Of a stretch of DNA of 43,833 nt, positions 11,277 to 24,744 are shown one piece after another (positions within the stretch are counted from its first letter, which is position 1; each line of letters starts with the position of its first letter). Both the position numbers and the translations under genes were made by a program. The notes under the pieces were generated by a model. It saw only the letters and a list, made by a program, of their open reading frames with translations. It did not search any database and was not told the DNA's origin. Origin of the DNA: Malassezia furfur (lineage: Eukaryota); assembly GCA_052055015.1 (NCBI GenBank), contig JBQJIT010000043.1. One strand, written 5' to 3'.

Positions 11277-12029
11277 TCATTCGTCATCAAACCATGCATC
11301 CTCACGCAACCGCTCGTTGTCCTGGTCAAGTGCGTGTGCATCCCAGCACTCGTCGTAGTCACATGCGTACGATACAGGCAGCACACCGCGCACGAACCGC
11401 GCGATCGTCGCCTGCTGAAACTCGGCCAGGAGTCCGTCGTCGTGCCCTTCGTCTAGCGCGTCGGCATCGATCGCGTCTAGGTACTTGCGGTGCAGCCCGT
11501 TTAGGTGTGCATGTGCACTGGCGGCCGGCAGATCCGAGGCGCGGTACGTGTCCGCTGCTGGTGCAGCGCGCGACGCAACATCGGCATGCAGGGCTTCGGG
11601 TACGTGTGGTGCTGCATCTTGCTCGTGCTCGCGTTCCCGTTCCTGCTCGTGCTCGCGCTCCTGTCCTCGCCCGCGCTCGCGCTCTGCATCGTGTCGTAGT
11701 TCCGACTCCATATCGAGATCGAGCTCCTCGACCTCCTCGTCCTGTCCAGTCCCCACCGTACGCCGCCACCGAGTTGGCTCGAGCTCGCGCTGCATCGCAA
11801 TCGAGAGCTCTTCGGGCTGCGTTGCCGCAAACCGGCGGCGACGCTCGCGCACGATCGGGTGGGTGCCGCGCTGCGTGGGACTCAGCAGGTCGCCGACGAC
11901 GCGACCTAGCGGTGTTGGGAGCTCGGAAAAGTACGCTGCAAACACATGCCCCGCGTCGTGGTCCGAGTCGTCCGGATGCACGGCCGCAAGCCACGCCTCG
12001 ACCTCGTGCCACCCCCGGACGGGGGCCAT
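11277..12029 (-). CDS. CCDC97-like (DUF2052) acidic protein
   Basis: IVRERRRRF..LSIAMQRELEP and a C-terminal FQQATIARFVRG..DYDECWD..ERLREDAWFDDE resemble the CCDC97 C-terminal domain. Low-complexity E/R/H run in the middle. Confidence 0.6.
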   Translation of the reverse strand: MAPVRGWHEVEAWLAAVHPDDSDHDAGHVFAAYFSELPTPLGRVVGDLLSPTQRGTHPIVRERRRRFAATQPEELSIAMQRELEPTRWRRTVGTGQDEEVEELDLDMESELRHDAERERGRGQEREHEQEREREHEQDAAPHVPEALHADVASRAAPAADTYRASDLPAASAHAHLNGLHRKYLDAIDADALDEGHDDGLLAEFQQATIARFVRGVLPVSYACDYDECWDAHALDQDNERLREDAWFDDE

Positions 12030-12036
12030 GGTGGAG

Positions 12037-12042
12037 CACGTG
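12037..12042. promoter_or_regulatory. CACGTG E-box in the 68-bp CCDC97-like/SMC5 divergent promoter
   Basis: AGCACGTGCC between ATGs at 12029 (-) and 12098 (+). Confidence 0.55.
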
Positions 12043-12097
12043 CCTTCGAGGGGTGCTAAATTGTGTGCGCCACGCGGTGTTGGATTCGCGTCGCGCC

Positions 12098-15000
12098 ATG
12101 ACCGAGGCGCGTGATCGACGGCGCGCCAAGCGGCGGCGCGCGGACACCGACGTGGATGCGGCAGATGGCGAGGAGGCTGGATCGCCTGGGCCGCGTGAGG
12201 GTAGCGAGGAGCGCGCACTTGGCGAGGAGGGCTTGGCGACGGGCGCGGAAGTGGATGCCGTTGGCGGCGCAGCGGATGACGTCGCTGCGTCGACGGCGAC
12301 GTTCACGCCGCCCAGCGTGCGCACGCGGAATGCCGACGGGTAAGTCCTGCTTGATTCACCCAGCTTTGTGCCTGGCGCGATCGTGCGTGTGGCGTGCAAA
12401 AACTTTGTGACGTACGACGCCGTGGAGTTCTTCCCCGGTCCCTACCTGAACATGATCATCGGCCCCAACGGCACAGGCAAAAGCACGGTGGTGTGTGCGA
12501 TCGCGCTCGGCCTTGGCTGGAAGCCGAGTGTGCTGGGTCGTGCGAAAGACGTGGCAAGCTACGTCAAGCTTGGGCACGAGCAAGGGTGGGTTGAGATCGA
12601 GCTGCAGGGCTTCCCTGGCGCATCGAACGTGACGGTGCGGCGTATTCTGTTCCGCGAATCGAACTCGAGCGACTGGCTCTTGAATGGCCAGAACGCCAGC
12701 TCGCGCGAGGTGCATGCGGCCGTGTCGCCGTTCCACATCGAGGTCGGCAACCTGTGTGCCTTTTTGCCGCAGGACCGCGTGGCCGACTTTGCGTGCATGA
12801 ACGCGGCGCGCCTGCTGCAAGAGACGCAGCACGCCGCGGGCCACGCACAGCTGAGCGAGTGGCATGCCGAGCTCATCACACAGGGCCACGCGCTTGCCAA
12901 AGTCCGCGCGCGCCTCGAGCGCGACGTCGAGGAGCATGACCACCTTGAGGCGCGCAACCAGGTGCTGGAGCGTGATGTGCGGCGCTACGAGGAGCGTGTC
13001 GAACTGGAGAAGCGCGTGGCATTGCTGCACGCGCGCATCCCTTACGCGCAGTACCGCGAGGCGAAGCAGCGCTACGACGCGGCGCGTGCGCAGCGCTCGG
13101 TCGCCAAAGAGGCGGTGCGCGATGCAGAGCGGGCCCTGGCGCCGCTGCAGGAGGAGCGCGAGCGGGTCGAGCAGCGCATTGAGAAGCTGGACGTGCGGCT
13201 GACCGAGCGGCGGCGCGATGCGGACGCGGCGCAGGGCGCGGTGAAGCGCATCGCACAGGAGCGCGAGCAGACCGAACTGGAGATGGCGACGCTGCACGAG
13301 CAAGAGAAGCAGCTTGAGACTGCCGAGGTGCGGCGTCAGCAGCTCCTCACCGAGCTGCGCGAGCGCATCGCCGAGCTGGCGCACCGCGCCGAGCAGGCGC
13401 CACCCCCCGCCTCGGCGGAGGTGGATGCGGAGCTGCGCTCGGTCAAGGCCGAGATGCGCGGCGTGGGCGAAGAGATGCGCGATGGCGAGTCGCAGCTTGC
13501 CGAGCTCGCGGGCGAGTCGCGGCAGCAGGCGGCGCGGCGTCAGCATGCCGAGCAGCAGCTGGCGCAGCTCAACAACCTGCGGCACCAGCGCCTGCAGATC
13601 CTTGCGCACGCCGACCGCGACACGTACAATGCTGTGCAGTGGCTCGCGAGCCACCGCGCCATCTTTCAGCACGAGGTATACGACCCCGTGCTGGTGCTGC
13701 TGGACGTGAAGCAGCCGGCGGCCGCGCGGGCGATCGAGTCGTGCCTGAACTGGAATGTGCAGCGGACGTTTGTGTGCCAAAGCCGCGCGGACTACGACCT
13801 GCTCACGCATGAGCTGATCGACAAGCGCGGCTGGCGCCTCAACGTTGTCGAGCTCGAAGGTGGCCGCCCGCTCGACGCCTATACCCCCCCGCTGCCGCCT
13901 GACGAGCTGCATGCGCTCGGCTTTGACGACTATGCCATCGACCTCGTGGATGCGCCGCGGGACGTGCTGCGTTTCTTGTGCCAGACGGCACACTTTCATC
14001 TGATCCCCATCGCCTCGCGCCGCCGCGCGGACCCCGAGCAGGTGGAGCGTAGTGGGTTGTTCCAGCGGTACATCATTGGGCCCACGCTGTTTACCACGCT
14101 CGTGTCCAAGTACGGCAAGCGCCTGCCTGTCACGCAGTCGCGCGACCTGAAGCCGCTGCGCAACTTTGCGCACTCGGCACAGAGCGAGGCGCGTGCCAAC
14201 GCCGAGCACGAGCTGGCCACGCTGGCCGAGGCCGCCGCCCAGCTCGAGACGCGCCGCACGGCGCTGCAGCGCGCCGCCGACGCGCACGCCGCGCGCTATG
14301 CCGAACTCACGCGCGAGCGCGATACCCTGGCCGCGCGGCAGCACGAGGCGCACCGCCTCGCGACCGAGCACCGCAAGACGCTCGCGCTCCTCGATGCCGA
14401 GCGCCAGAAGCTCGCGCGCGAAGAGACGCGGGCACCGATAGCCGTGCAACGCCGGCAGCTCGGCGAGCAGCGGCGCGCGCGGGCCATCGAGCTCGCGAAG
14501 CTGGCCGAGCGCCTGCTGCGCACGCTCGAGGCATTGCTGCGCGCGCGCGAAGAATGCGACACGCTCGTCCTGAGCAGTTTGGCGTACGCGACGCAGCGCA
14601 CGCGGTGCGCCGAGGCACTGCGTGAGAAGCAGGCCGCGCTGCGCGACGCACACCACGCACTCGAACAGACACTCGCAACCTTTACCGAGGCCAAGGAGGA
14701 GACGCTCGCGTGCAAACGCCGCTACGAGCAGCGGATGGACGAGTGCGACGATGCGATGCGCGAACTGTTCCGCGAGCAGTACGTCGACGACACCGACAGC
14801 GTCGACCAGCTCGAGATGCAGCTACAGAGCGCGCAGGCCGCGCTCGACATCCCGTGGGGTGTTGGCGCCAACGTCGTCGAGGCATTCCGTGCACGCAAGG
14901 CGCAGGTTGCGGCGCTCCAGGAGGCGATCCGCGCCGCGCGTATCGAGCAGGCGCAGGTCGAGACGGCGATCCAGCGCGTCGAGGTACGTGCTCCTCCTAA

Positions 15001-15618
15001 CACAGAACCGCTGGCTCCCTGCACTCGAGGCGCTCGTTGCCAACATCAACGAGCGGTTTTCTGCGGCGTTTCAGCGTACGTTTGCGACACACTTATACAG
15101 GCCTTGGCTGTGCGGGCGAGGTGCGCCTCACGCGCGACGACGACTACGAGAAGTGGGGCATCGATATTCTCGTCAAGTTCCGCGATACGGAGCAGCTCAA
15201 GCCACTCACGGGCCAGCGGCAGTCGGGCGGCGTACGTGAAGGTGACTGACCCACAGGAACGCTCGCTGTCCACCATTTTGTATCTACTGAGCCTCACCGA
15301 GCTCTCGCGCTCGCCCTTCTCGCTCGTGGACGAGATCAACCAGGGCATGGATCCACGCGCGGAACGCGCCGTCCACGACCAGATGGTCGCGATCACTTGC
15401 CGCCCCGAGGCCGGGCAGCACTTTTTGATCACGCCCAAACTGCTCTCGGGCCTGCGTTATCACGCGCTGATGAAGGTGCTCCTCATCAACAATGGCGACT
15501 GGCTCCCCGAGCAGCTCAAGCGTACGTCGTATCCACTCACACAGTGTCAGACGTCGCTGCGCGCAAACGCGCGCGCCAAGGCCAGGACGTCTCGCGCGCC
15601 GCGCTCGTTGCATCGTAG
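12098..15618 (+). CDS. SMC5: Structural maintenance of chromosomes protein 5; introns 12340-12363, 14984-15005, 15076-15100, 15232-15256, 15522-15544
   Basis: DG|FVPGAIVRV..NFVTYD..LNMIIGPNGTGKST (Walker A), NLCAFLPQDRV, long coiled coils, QSGG|ERS signature, VDEINQGMD (Walker B) and QHFLITPKLL. Confidence 0.96.
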
Positions 15619-15773
15619 CCCCATGTCTTACGTAATCGCGTGCGCGCATGCAGCCGCACCGTGTTTCCGCCGATTAGGCTCCTTTTTGCTGCTGTCCGTA
15701 ACGAGGCGAATTGCACGGTACGTGCCCAGGCTGCTTGCGAGCGGCGGCTGACCGTTTGGTTTGCACACAGAAA

Positions 15774-16365
15774 ATGCCGGGCGATGGTATGTACTGCGCG
15801 GCGTTGCGCTCCGAGAATGGATGGGACTGACCGGTCAGGTTGGCTGTTTCTCTTCGCGATCCTCCTGACGGCGATCCTGCTGTTTGTGATGGTGTTCTAC
15901 GTACGTGCACCTTGCACTTGCGCGACTTACACCACAGGTGATCCTCTACTCGGATCTCGAGTCGGACTACATTAACCCGATCGATCTCTGCTCGAAGCTG
16001 AACAACGTGCGTGGCCGTCGCCCCAGCCGTGCTGACCGCAGTTCACGCTCCCGGAGATGGGCGCGCAGGCGTTCCTCACGACGCTCTTCTTGCTCAGTGG
16101 CCAGTGGATCGCGTTCATGCTCAATGTCCCGCTTGTGGCCTACAACGCCAACAAGTACGTCTTGCGCTCTTACACGTACAGGGTCGTCAACAATAACTAC
16201 TTGCTCGACGCAACCGAAATCTTCCGGACGCTCATGAGTCACAAAAAAGAGAGCTTCTTGAAACTGGGTTTCTACCTCTTGTCTTTCTTCTACTACCTCT
16301 ACCGGTACGTTGGCCCGCATCGCTTACCCTCCAGGATGATCCTTGCGCTGGTTTCGGGTGCGTAG
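15774..16365 (+). CDS. ERV14: Cornichon-family ER cargo receptor; introns 15787-15838, 15901-15937, 16007-16041, 16155-16181, 16305-16334
   Basis: Spliced product [82 protein letters not shown]. Confidence 0.95.
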
Positions 16366-16627
16366 CACCGCTTCTGACCGCAGAATGAACGGACCATAGC
16401 TCGTCATGCCGACACACACCCACTAGGCTCCTCTACGCAACAACGTGTAGCTCGGCCTGGTCCTCTGTGCAGCGCACACGCGACGCACACGCAGCGCAAG
16501 CCCAGCACACGCGCGGCGCACACGTGGCGCGTGCGGGGAACAACAGGATCGCGTGCGGATTTCGATTCATTACTAGGTACAACAAAGCGCAATAGGGTGT
16601 GGAAGTATGCAGCTCTCCTGTCGACGC

Positions 16628-17287
16628 TTACTCCTCGTCTTGCGGTTCTTCTTCACTCTCAATGTCGTCCCCATCGTCATCAGCATCGTCACCTGCCTGC
16701 GAGCCCGTGCCCGTGACAGAGGGGTCACCGTCGGCCGTCGACGCGCGCCGTTTCGTGGATCTCCGGCGCCGCTGCCGCGGGTTTTCTTCTTGCGCCTGGC
16801 GGTAGCGGCTCAGGTACACTTTCAAAACCTGCTCGTAGTTATCGAAGCCCAAAACACGAAGCGAGTACAGGATATCGTCGCTGTTGATAGTCTTGCGCTT
16901 CTCACTCCCACAGCGATCACTCGCCTCCGAGGTAATGAAACTGATCAGTTCGCTCACGCATTCCTGCATGCATTCCTTCGCGTTTTTCGCGATCTTGCCA
17001 TTGTCGGGCAGTGCACGCTTCATAATACGCGAAATGTTGGCAATAGGCAAGTCCGCCCCTGCCGAATGCGACGGGAGCGGTGGGAGGTGTGCGGGCCAGG
17101 AGGTCGGTGCGCTCGATCCACCGAGCTTGGAGCTCTCAGAGCCTTGCCCCTCTCCCGTCCAGGATGCGCCCGACGCAGACGCGTCGTTCACTTCAGACGT
17201 GTCGGCACCCTGTTGCTGCGTTTTGGGTTCATTGGCGGACACGTTTAGGTCCGTAGTCGCGGTTTGGCTTTCCTCCGCGTTCGACAT
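16628..17287 (-). CDS. HAP3: CCAAT-binding factor subunit NF-YB/Hap3 (histone fold)
   Basis: [79 protein letters not shown]; no intron needed. Confidence 0.93.
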   Translation of the reverse strand: MSNAEESQTATTDLNVSANEPKTQQQGADTSEVNDASASGASWTGEGQGSESSKLGGSSAPTSWPAHLPPLPSHSAGADLPIANISRIMKRALPDNGKIAKNAKECMQECVSELISFITSEASDRCGSEKRKTINSDDILYSLRVLGFDNYEQVLKVYLSRYRQAQEENPRQRRRRSTKRRASTADGDPSVTGTGSQAGDDADDDGDDIESEEEPQDEE

Positions 17288-17573
17288 CCTCCCACAAGTC
17301 GCCTCGCTCCCACCGAATGCTCACGGCGTTGGTGATGCCAGCCAATCGAGGAAGGGATTGAGCCGATTCCGCGTCTCCGCTGAGAGGTTCCTTTTGCCAC
17401 TCTGCAGACACATGCATAAGCAGCCACGTGTGCTTTGACTAAAAAAAAACGCCGCGCGCCGCGCGACGGGCGCGAGGCGGCGGACAGTGGGAAAAAAAGT
17501 GCATGAATGTGGTCATTAACAGAGAGAAGCTCGCTGCAGAACAAAGAATTGGCTATGGTCGCCAGCGATCCGC

Positions 17574-19492
17574 TTACGAAGTCTTGGCGGTCACCTTGGC
17601 GCGCTCGATCGCCGCCGCACTGTTCTGCATCAGGATCTTCTTGTAGTCGGCGATGCCAATGTCCTGCTTGGACAGGTTGACAATCTTGCGGTCCTTAACC
17701 TCCCAAAGTTCCTCGGCGACCTGCGAGATGAGGCGGAAGTCGTGCGAGACAATCACCACACCACCCTCGAACTCCTTAATGGCCGCCGCCAGTGCGTCGA
17801 TTGAGCCCATATCCAAGTGGTTCGTCGGCTCGTCGAGCAGCAGAATGTGCGGGTTCTCCATCGCGAGCTGCGCAAACACCACACGGTTGCGCAGACCATC
17901 CGAGAGCGTACGGATCGCCGCCGTCTGGTGCTGGCCCGACAGACCGAACCGGCCGAGCTGACCACGCCAGAACTGCACGTCCTTGTCGGGGTACTTCTCC
18001 TTGTTCATGATCTCCATGTACTCGATGGGACTCTTGTCGTACGGGAGCTGGTCGGCAGAGTGCTGCGAGTACTTGCCGAGCTTCAGACCAGCGTGGCGCT
18101 GGACGCTGCCCTCCACCGGCATCAGCGCACCAGTGATGAGGTTGAGCAGCGTCGACTTGCCCGTACCGTTCTGACCCACAATGGCCACACGACTGTCCAT
18201 ATCAATACCAAAGCTCAGGTCCTGGTACAGGAAGTCCTCCTTCTTGCCGCTGTAGCTGAATCCCACGTCATTGAATGCAATGATCGGCGGCGGCAGCTTG
18301 CGCACGTCCTCAAAGTTGAACCGCAGCTGCTTGGGCTGGACCACTGGCTCGATGAGACCAGCCGCCTCCATCTTGTCGATGATCTTTTGCTTGGACTTGG
18401 CCTGCTTGACCAGGTTGGCGTAGGTACCCGCGCTGGCAATGAACTTTTTGATGTGCGCAATCTCCTCCTGCTGCTTGTGGTACGCCTTCATCTGGTTCAC
18501 CTCGTTCTCCGACTTGGTGCGGACGTAGGTCGAATAGTTACCACCATAGGTGATGAACTGCTTCTGGATGGTCAGGTCCAGAATGTTGGTGCAGACATTG
18601 TCCATAAAGTCGGCACTGTGCGACGTCAGCACCAGGATGTGGTTGTAGGTCGAGAGGTACGCCTCCAACCACACGACAGCCTCCAGGTCCAAGTGGTTCG
18701 TCGGCTCATCCAGCAGCAGAAGGTGTGGCTTGATGAACAACGCGCGCGCCAGCGACACACGCATGCGCCAACCACCCGACAGGTCCTTAGTAGGCTTGTG
18801 CATCATCTGCTGAGAGAAGCCTAGACCGTGGAGAATGGCACCAGCCTTGGCCTCGAACGTCGCCGGGTCGAGCTCCTCGAGTTCCTCGTACTTAAGCTCG
18901 AGCGCAACCTCGTCGACGTCGTCGGCGACTGACATGTCCTCGATCTCCTTTTCAAGGCGCGCAACCTTTTCACGCGCCGACTTGATGATAAAGTCGAGCG
19001 CATCCTCGTCCGAGGGCTCCGCCTCACCACGGACGAGGTAGATGTCGATGTGCTCGGGAATCTCGACGTCGCGGTTGGCGAGTGCCTCAAGGAACGTCGT
19101 CTTACCCGAGCCGTTCTCACCTAGCAGACCATAGCGCTGGCCATAGTTAAGCTGGACCAGGGCATTGTCAATGAGCAGACGGCCGTGGAAGGACATCGAA
19201 AAGCTGTCGATATGCAGGTCGCGACTTTGCTTGTCACTGATGATGACACCGGAAGCGTTGCGCTCCGTGGCAAGCGCCAGCTTCTTCATATCGGTGATCG
19301 GGCCTTCCTTCTCATCAACGCTGGTCGCCTTGGTCGACGTCGTGTCGGTCGTCGCCTCGGTCGAGTCGGTGGCTCCCGACGAGCTCTTCTTGTCGGCTTT
19401 GGCAGCAGCCTTGGCAGCCTTTTCACTGGAGGTCAGCAAGCAAGATCAACATACGCCTGACGTTTCGCCTTCGATGCAGAAATAGGGGGCAT
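17574..19492 (-). CDS. ARB1: ABC-F ATPase (ABCF2/Arb1); intron 19426-19454
   Basis: MPPISASKAKRQA|EKAAK start; two ABC domains (GENGSGKT, LSGGWRMR, LLLDEPTNHLD; GQNGTGKST, LSDGLRNR, LLLDEPTNHLD); FIASAGTYANLVKQAKSKQK linker; no TM domains. Confidence 0.95.
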
Positions 19493-19686
19493 GTTGTATT
19501 AGGTTCTCAATATCCAGCACACGCAAAGAAGACCTCTGGCGTGGTGGCAGATGGCGGAAGAGCCTACTTCGAGCGCCGGGCAGTCTTTTTTTTGTCTCTG
19601 ACTAATGACGTAGTACGCCAAGTCATGTGACCTGAACGGTTCTTCCACTCCCACTAGCGAAGTCGTGTTGGACACTATCGTGGGCC

Positions 19687-20130
19687 ATGTTTCGCGCAAC
19701 GCTCGCCGCGATGTCTAAGGCTAGCCGCCTCCCGCTGAATTCCAAACGGGCGAACAAGGATTTTTACAAAGGTATGTGATTAACAGCTCATCCAGGCACC
19801 CGCACGGGTAACATTATGCAGCGCAAGCGCATTGCCTTGGCAGACCGGGCCGGCAACCAGCTCTACGACCAGAACGGCCGCGAGCGTACCTGGAACCTAC
19901 GCACGCACCGGATCGATGAAGGTCGTACGATCTCGTTTGTGGTGCCACCGGGGCTGAACGATACTAAACTGAAGCCGTACGTCTACCTTGGCAAAGAGTC
20001 GGACGGTGGTTCGGAACGCCCGGAGCCCGGTCAGCCTGGTGCACCCAAGATGCCCAACGGGCACATGGATGGCACGTTTTACTCGCGCCTCGTAGACCGC
20101 ATGCTGCTGTCCAAGTCGCAGCGTTCTTGA
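19687..20130 (+). CDS. MRPL27: Mitochondrial ribosomal protein mL41; intron 19772-19795
   Basis: MFRATLAAMSKASRLPLNSKRANKDFYKG|TRTG..RTISFVVPPGLNDTKLKPYV matches the mL41 motifs YKG and FVVP..LKPYV. Confidence 0.88.
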
Positions 20131-20190
20131 GCTCTCTTTTCTATGTACCATAACGCCCCAATTCCAACGATTTGACCCCTGCTTGCGAGA

Positions 20191-21349
20191 TCAATGGCGG
20201 ACTGGCCTGTCATAAGTAGGAAACACATACGTCGCATCGAGCTGCTGAATTTGCGGCAATGCGAGTTGCACTTTGCGCCGGTACCCAGAACCCTCTTTCT
20301 TCTGCGCAGGGTTGCCCTCGAGATACACCGTTTCCAGATGGGGCATCAGCTGTGGGCCGAGGAATTGGTCAATGTGGTTGATGTCCAGCAATTGGTTGTC
20401 ATTTGCCTGTTATTAGCCATTCCGACGTACCCAGAATTGCGACATCTTGGACAAATGCTGCACGCCTTCAAGTGAGGCCACCTGGTTCGCCCCAAAGTCG
20501 AGCGTGTTTAGCTCACGGTTTTGCTCCAGTCCAGACAGTTGGGTGATGCCATTGTGTGAGACATAGAGCTCTTCCAATTTTGGGAGCGCATCCAAGTGCT
20601 CCAGCGAGGTAAGTCGGTTTGACTGAATCGACAGGACACGCAAGTTTTTGAGAGCTTGGATACCGTCCAGCGAGGAAATTTTGTTCTTCCCCACCCACAA
20701 TTCCTCCAAGTTAGTGAGGTGCTGAAGATTTTCGAGCGATCGCAATCGGTTCCCGCCTAGTTCCAGGCTCCTGAGGCTGTCGGAAATGGGTGCCTGGAGG
20801 TCTGTGGGGCGCAGGCGCGCAATCTTGTTCTGCACAAGGTAGAGAGTGTGGCATTTGGCCAAATGCGAAACCCTGGACACATGCCGAATATTGTTGAAGG
20901 AGAGATCCAGGATTCTTTTGTGAGCATCAGCATACGTACTCGAGGTCTTTGCAGTTTTCCAGACCAGCAATATGTTCGATCTGGTTATCGTACAGATCCA
21001 GCTCTTTCAAATGTGTCAGAATGCCCAGGTCCTTCCCGCGCATGGTTCGGATCTCATTTTGCCGGAGACCCAGTCGCTGCAGCGTCTTTGCAAAACGTGG
21101 GAGGTCCAGGTACTTGGTAGATGTAAGACGTAAGTGGGTTAGGTCAATGTCCGTCTCATCGTCGGGGAAGGCTGACATGAGTTCTTCGATGCCTTCATCA
21201 GGATGGACATGGTCCTCGTCTTTTGCGGTTTCTTCATTGTACTCTTCATGCTCGTGATCCATCTCATGTTCTGAGTCCGTTTCCACTTCCTGTGGCGGGG
21301 CGTGCATGACGGGCGGCGCCCCTACGACCTGTACCTTTTTCTCAACCAT
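20191..21349 (-). CDS. SDS22: PP1 regulatory subunit Sds22 (leucine-rich repeats); introns 20915-20939, 20407-20430, 20207-20230
   Basis: SDS22-type LRRs (LGLRQNEI, LDLYDNQI, LDLSFNNI, LELGGNRL, LWVGKNKI, LSIQSNRL, LYVSHNGI) and LRR cap VYLEGNP..YRRKV..LPQIQQLDAT. Confidence 0.93.
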
Positions 21350-21385
21350 GTTGGCACTTGCGCAAGCGTGGGTGCCACTTTCCTC

Positions 21386-21391
21386 CACGTG
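21386..21391. promoter_or_regulatory. CACGTG E-box in the 82-bp SDS22/CAP2 divergent promoter
   Basis: TCCACGTGGT near the centre of the gap, at the junction of a direct repeat GGTGCCACTTTCCTCCAC x2. Confidence 0.6.
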
Positions 21392-21431
21392 GTGCCACTT
21401 TCCTCCACCAACGGAACCTGGACACCCCGCG

Positions 21432-22450
21432 ATGAGCGCGACTGTCGAAGACCCCCTGTCCCTGTCACTCGACCTCTTGCGTCGGCTTCCACCCGCGAAT
21501 GTCACGAAGAATGTGCAACATCTTATTAATATGCTCCCGGACCATGCCGATGACCTTGCATCGAGTGTTGACCAGCCGCTGACATTACGCATTGACCAGT
21601 CCAAGGAGGGTGCTGGCCGAGAGTTTCTGTGTTGCGACTACAACCGCGACGGCGAGAGCTGGCGTAGCTGGATCAGTAATACCTGGGTGCCTCCCCTGAA
21701 GGATGGTGACGAAGAATCGGCGCCTGTCCCCACCGGCAAACTGAGGGAATTGGAATTGCACGCAAACGATGCTTTCGAGACGTATCGGAAGCTGTAAGTA
21801 TTTTGTATACTGACGCCTAGCTACTATGAGACTGGTTACACAAGCACATATCTCTGGGATCTTGGAGCTGACTCACCCGGTGATGTACCAGCTAACTTTG
21901 CCGGGGTTGTGTTGTTCAAGAAAGGTATGCACGACACGCGACTGACATCAGACCTCGAAGGCTCGGCAGATGACACAGCCAAGGGGACGTTCGGGTCGTG
22001 GGATTCTATCCATGTCTTTGAAGTCGCTACCGTGCCATCTAGTGGCTCGGCTGGCTCAGCCACGACCGTCAAGAGTGCCAAATACAAGCTGTCGAGCACG
22101 GTAATGTTGACTCTGAACAGGCACGACGGCGATGCCATTGCTCGCAAGAACGTGGACCTCAGTGGGAGTTTGAGCCGACAGGTGTGTTCCACTCTACTCA
22201 CCCAGACGGAAGAAACCATGAAAGTGACCGATGTCACCAATCATATCATCAATCTGGGTCGAATCATTGAGGATGTCGAGAGCAAGATCCGCAACCAACT
22301 ACAGGTAGGTCGCGCTTGTCTGACTTCCAGGAAATCTATTTTGGAAAGACACACGACATCGTGGAACAGTTGCGCAGTCTCGAAGACTTGGAAGCGAGCC
22401 GAAATGCCAAGAAACTTCAAGAGGAGCTTGTGGCAGGTTGGGAGCGCTAG
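21432..22450 (+). CDS. CAP2: F-actin capping protein beta subunit; introns 21794-21820, 21925-21951, 22182-22205, 22305-22330
   Basis: LDLLRRLPP, SSVDQPL, FLCCDYNRDGESWRSW, AFETYRKL|YYE, FAGVVLFKK, GSWDSIHVFEV, HIINLGRIIEDVE and Q|EIYFGKT; stop TAG 22448-22450. Confidence 0.95.
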
Positions 22451-22800
22451 GTGCCTGAGCTTGTCCGCAGGGTCCTGCAGTGTGATCTGCACGGTCTACA
22501 TTCCCCACATGGGCACGTCGCTGAAGCAACTACTAAACTTCGGGGCGCTGCACGTGGATTCGGGACCCTAATACGGCAAGTGGTGCAGCTGCTGCTAGGG
22601 ACAAGGCTCGTCGACGCATTTCCGTAGCGGGAATTACATAATCATGCTGCTTGCTTTTGGTGAATGGCTGACAACGCGTGTTGGATTTCCGGGCTTTGTG
22701 TAACGCGTGGGTTCTGCAGGACTTCGCACACACCCTGAACTCGAGCCGAGTTGTTTTCATCCCACCGCGAACCTTGATCTATTCAGATTATTCCGGCAGG

Positions 22801-24455
<1,655 letters not shown>

Positions 24456-24744
24456 AACACCTACGCACGGACGCTATAGAAAGGTTGCAACGTCGATTGT
24501 GTAGATGCCTGCGCTGCAGTACCCCAGTAGCTCCGGTCCCATATTCTTTCCCCTAACAGTTTTTCTCCGTCCCTCCTCCACGTTGCTTCGCCCGATCTAC
24601 CCAGTGTTTGATCCCACTGGTCCGGCGCATCCACATAGCCGGACTTTTTGCTGATTCAGCCGCGCACATGCATAGGAACTTACCCCCTTCCCCACGCTTG
24701 GTCCCTCGGCGCATCCGGCTGAGATCCCACGTCCGTCCGCAACG

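Noticed and set aside
11620..11690. GCTCGT/GCTCGC-type short repeats resembling a repeat array
   Set aside because: They encode a low-complexity E/R/H/Q run in the CCDC97-like protein; there is no repeat-spacer structure and the context is eukaryotic.
12356..14656. 766-aa antisense ORF opposite SMC5 (similar ones at 17817-18824, 23310-24452, 35609-37648, 41367-43199)
   Set aside because: Shadow ORFs in register with real genes, expected from high GC and codon bias; no recognisable domains.
14984..15751. Apparent frameshifts in SMC5 (and in UGP1, MDM31, ANT1, chitin synthase) suggesting pseudogenes or programmed frameshifting
   Set aside because: Each break is explained by a short GT-AG intron with a branch motif whose removal restores conserved residues.
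22564..22571. ACCCTAA as a possible telomerase RNA template
   Set aside because: Only about one repeat unit, the telomere repeat of this organism is unknown to me, and no supporting telomerase RNA elements were recognised.
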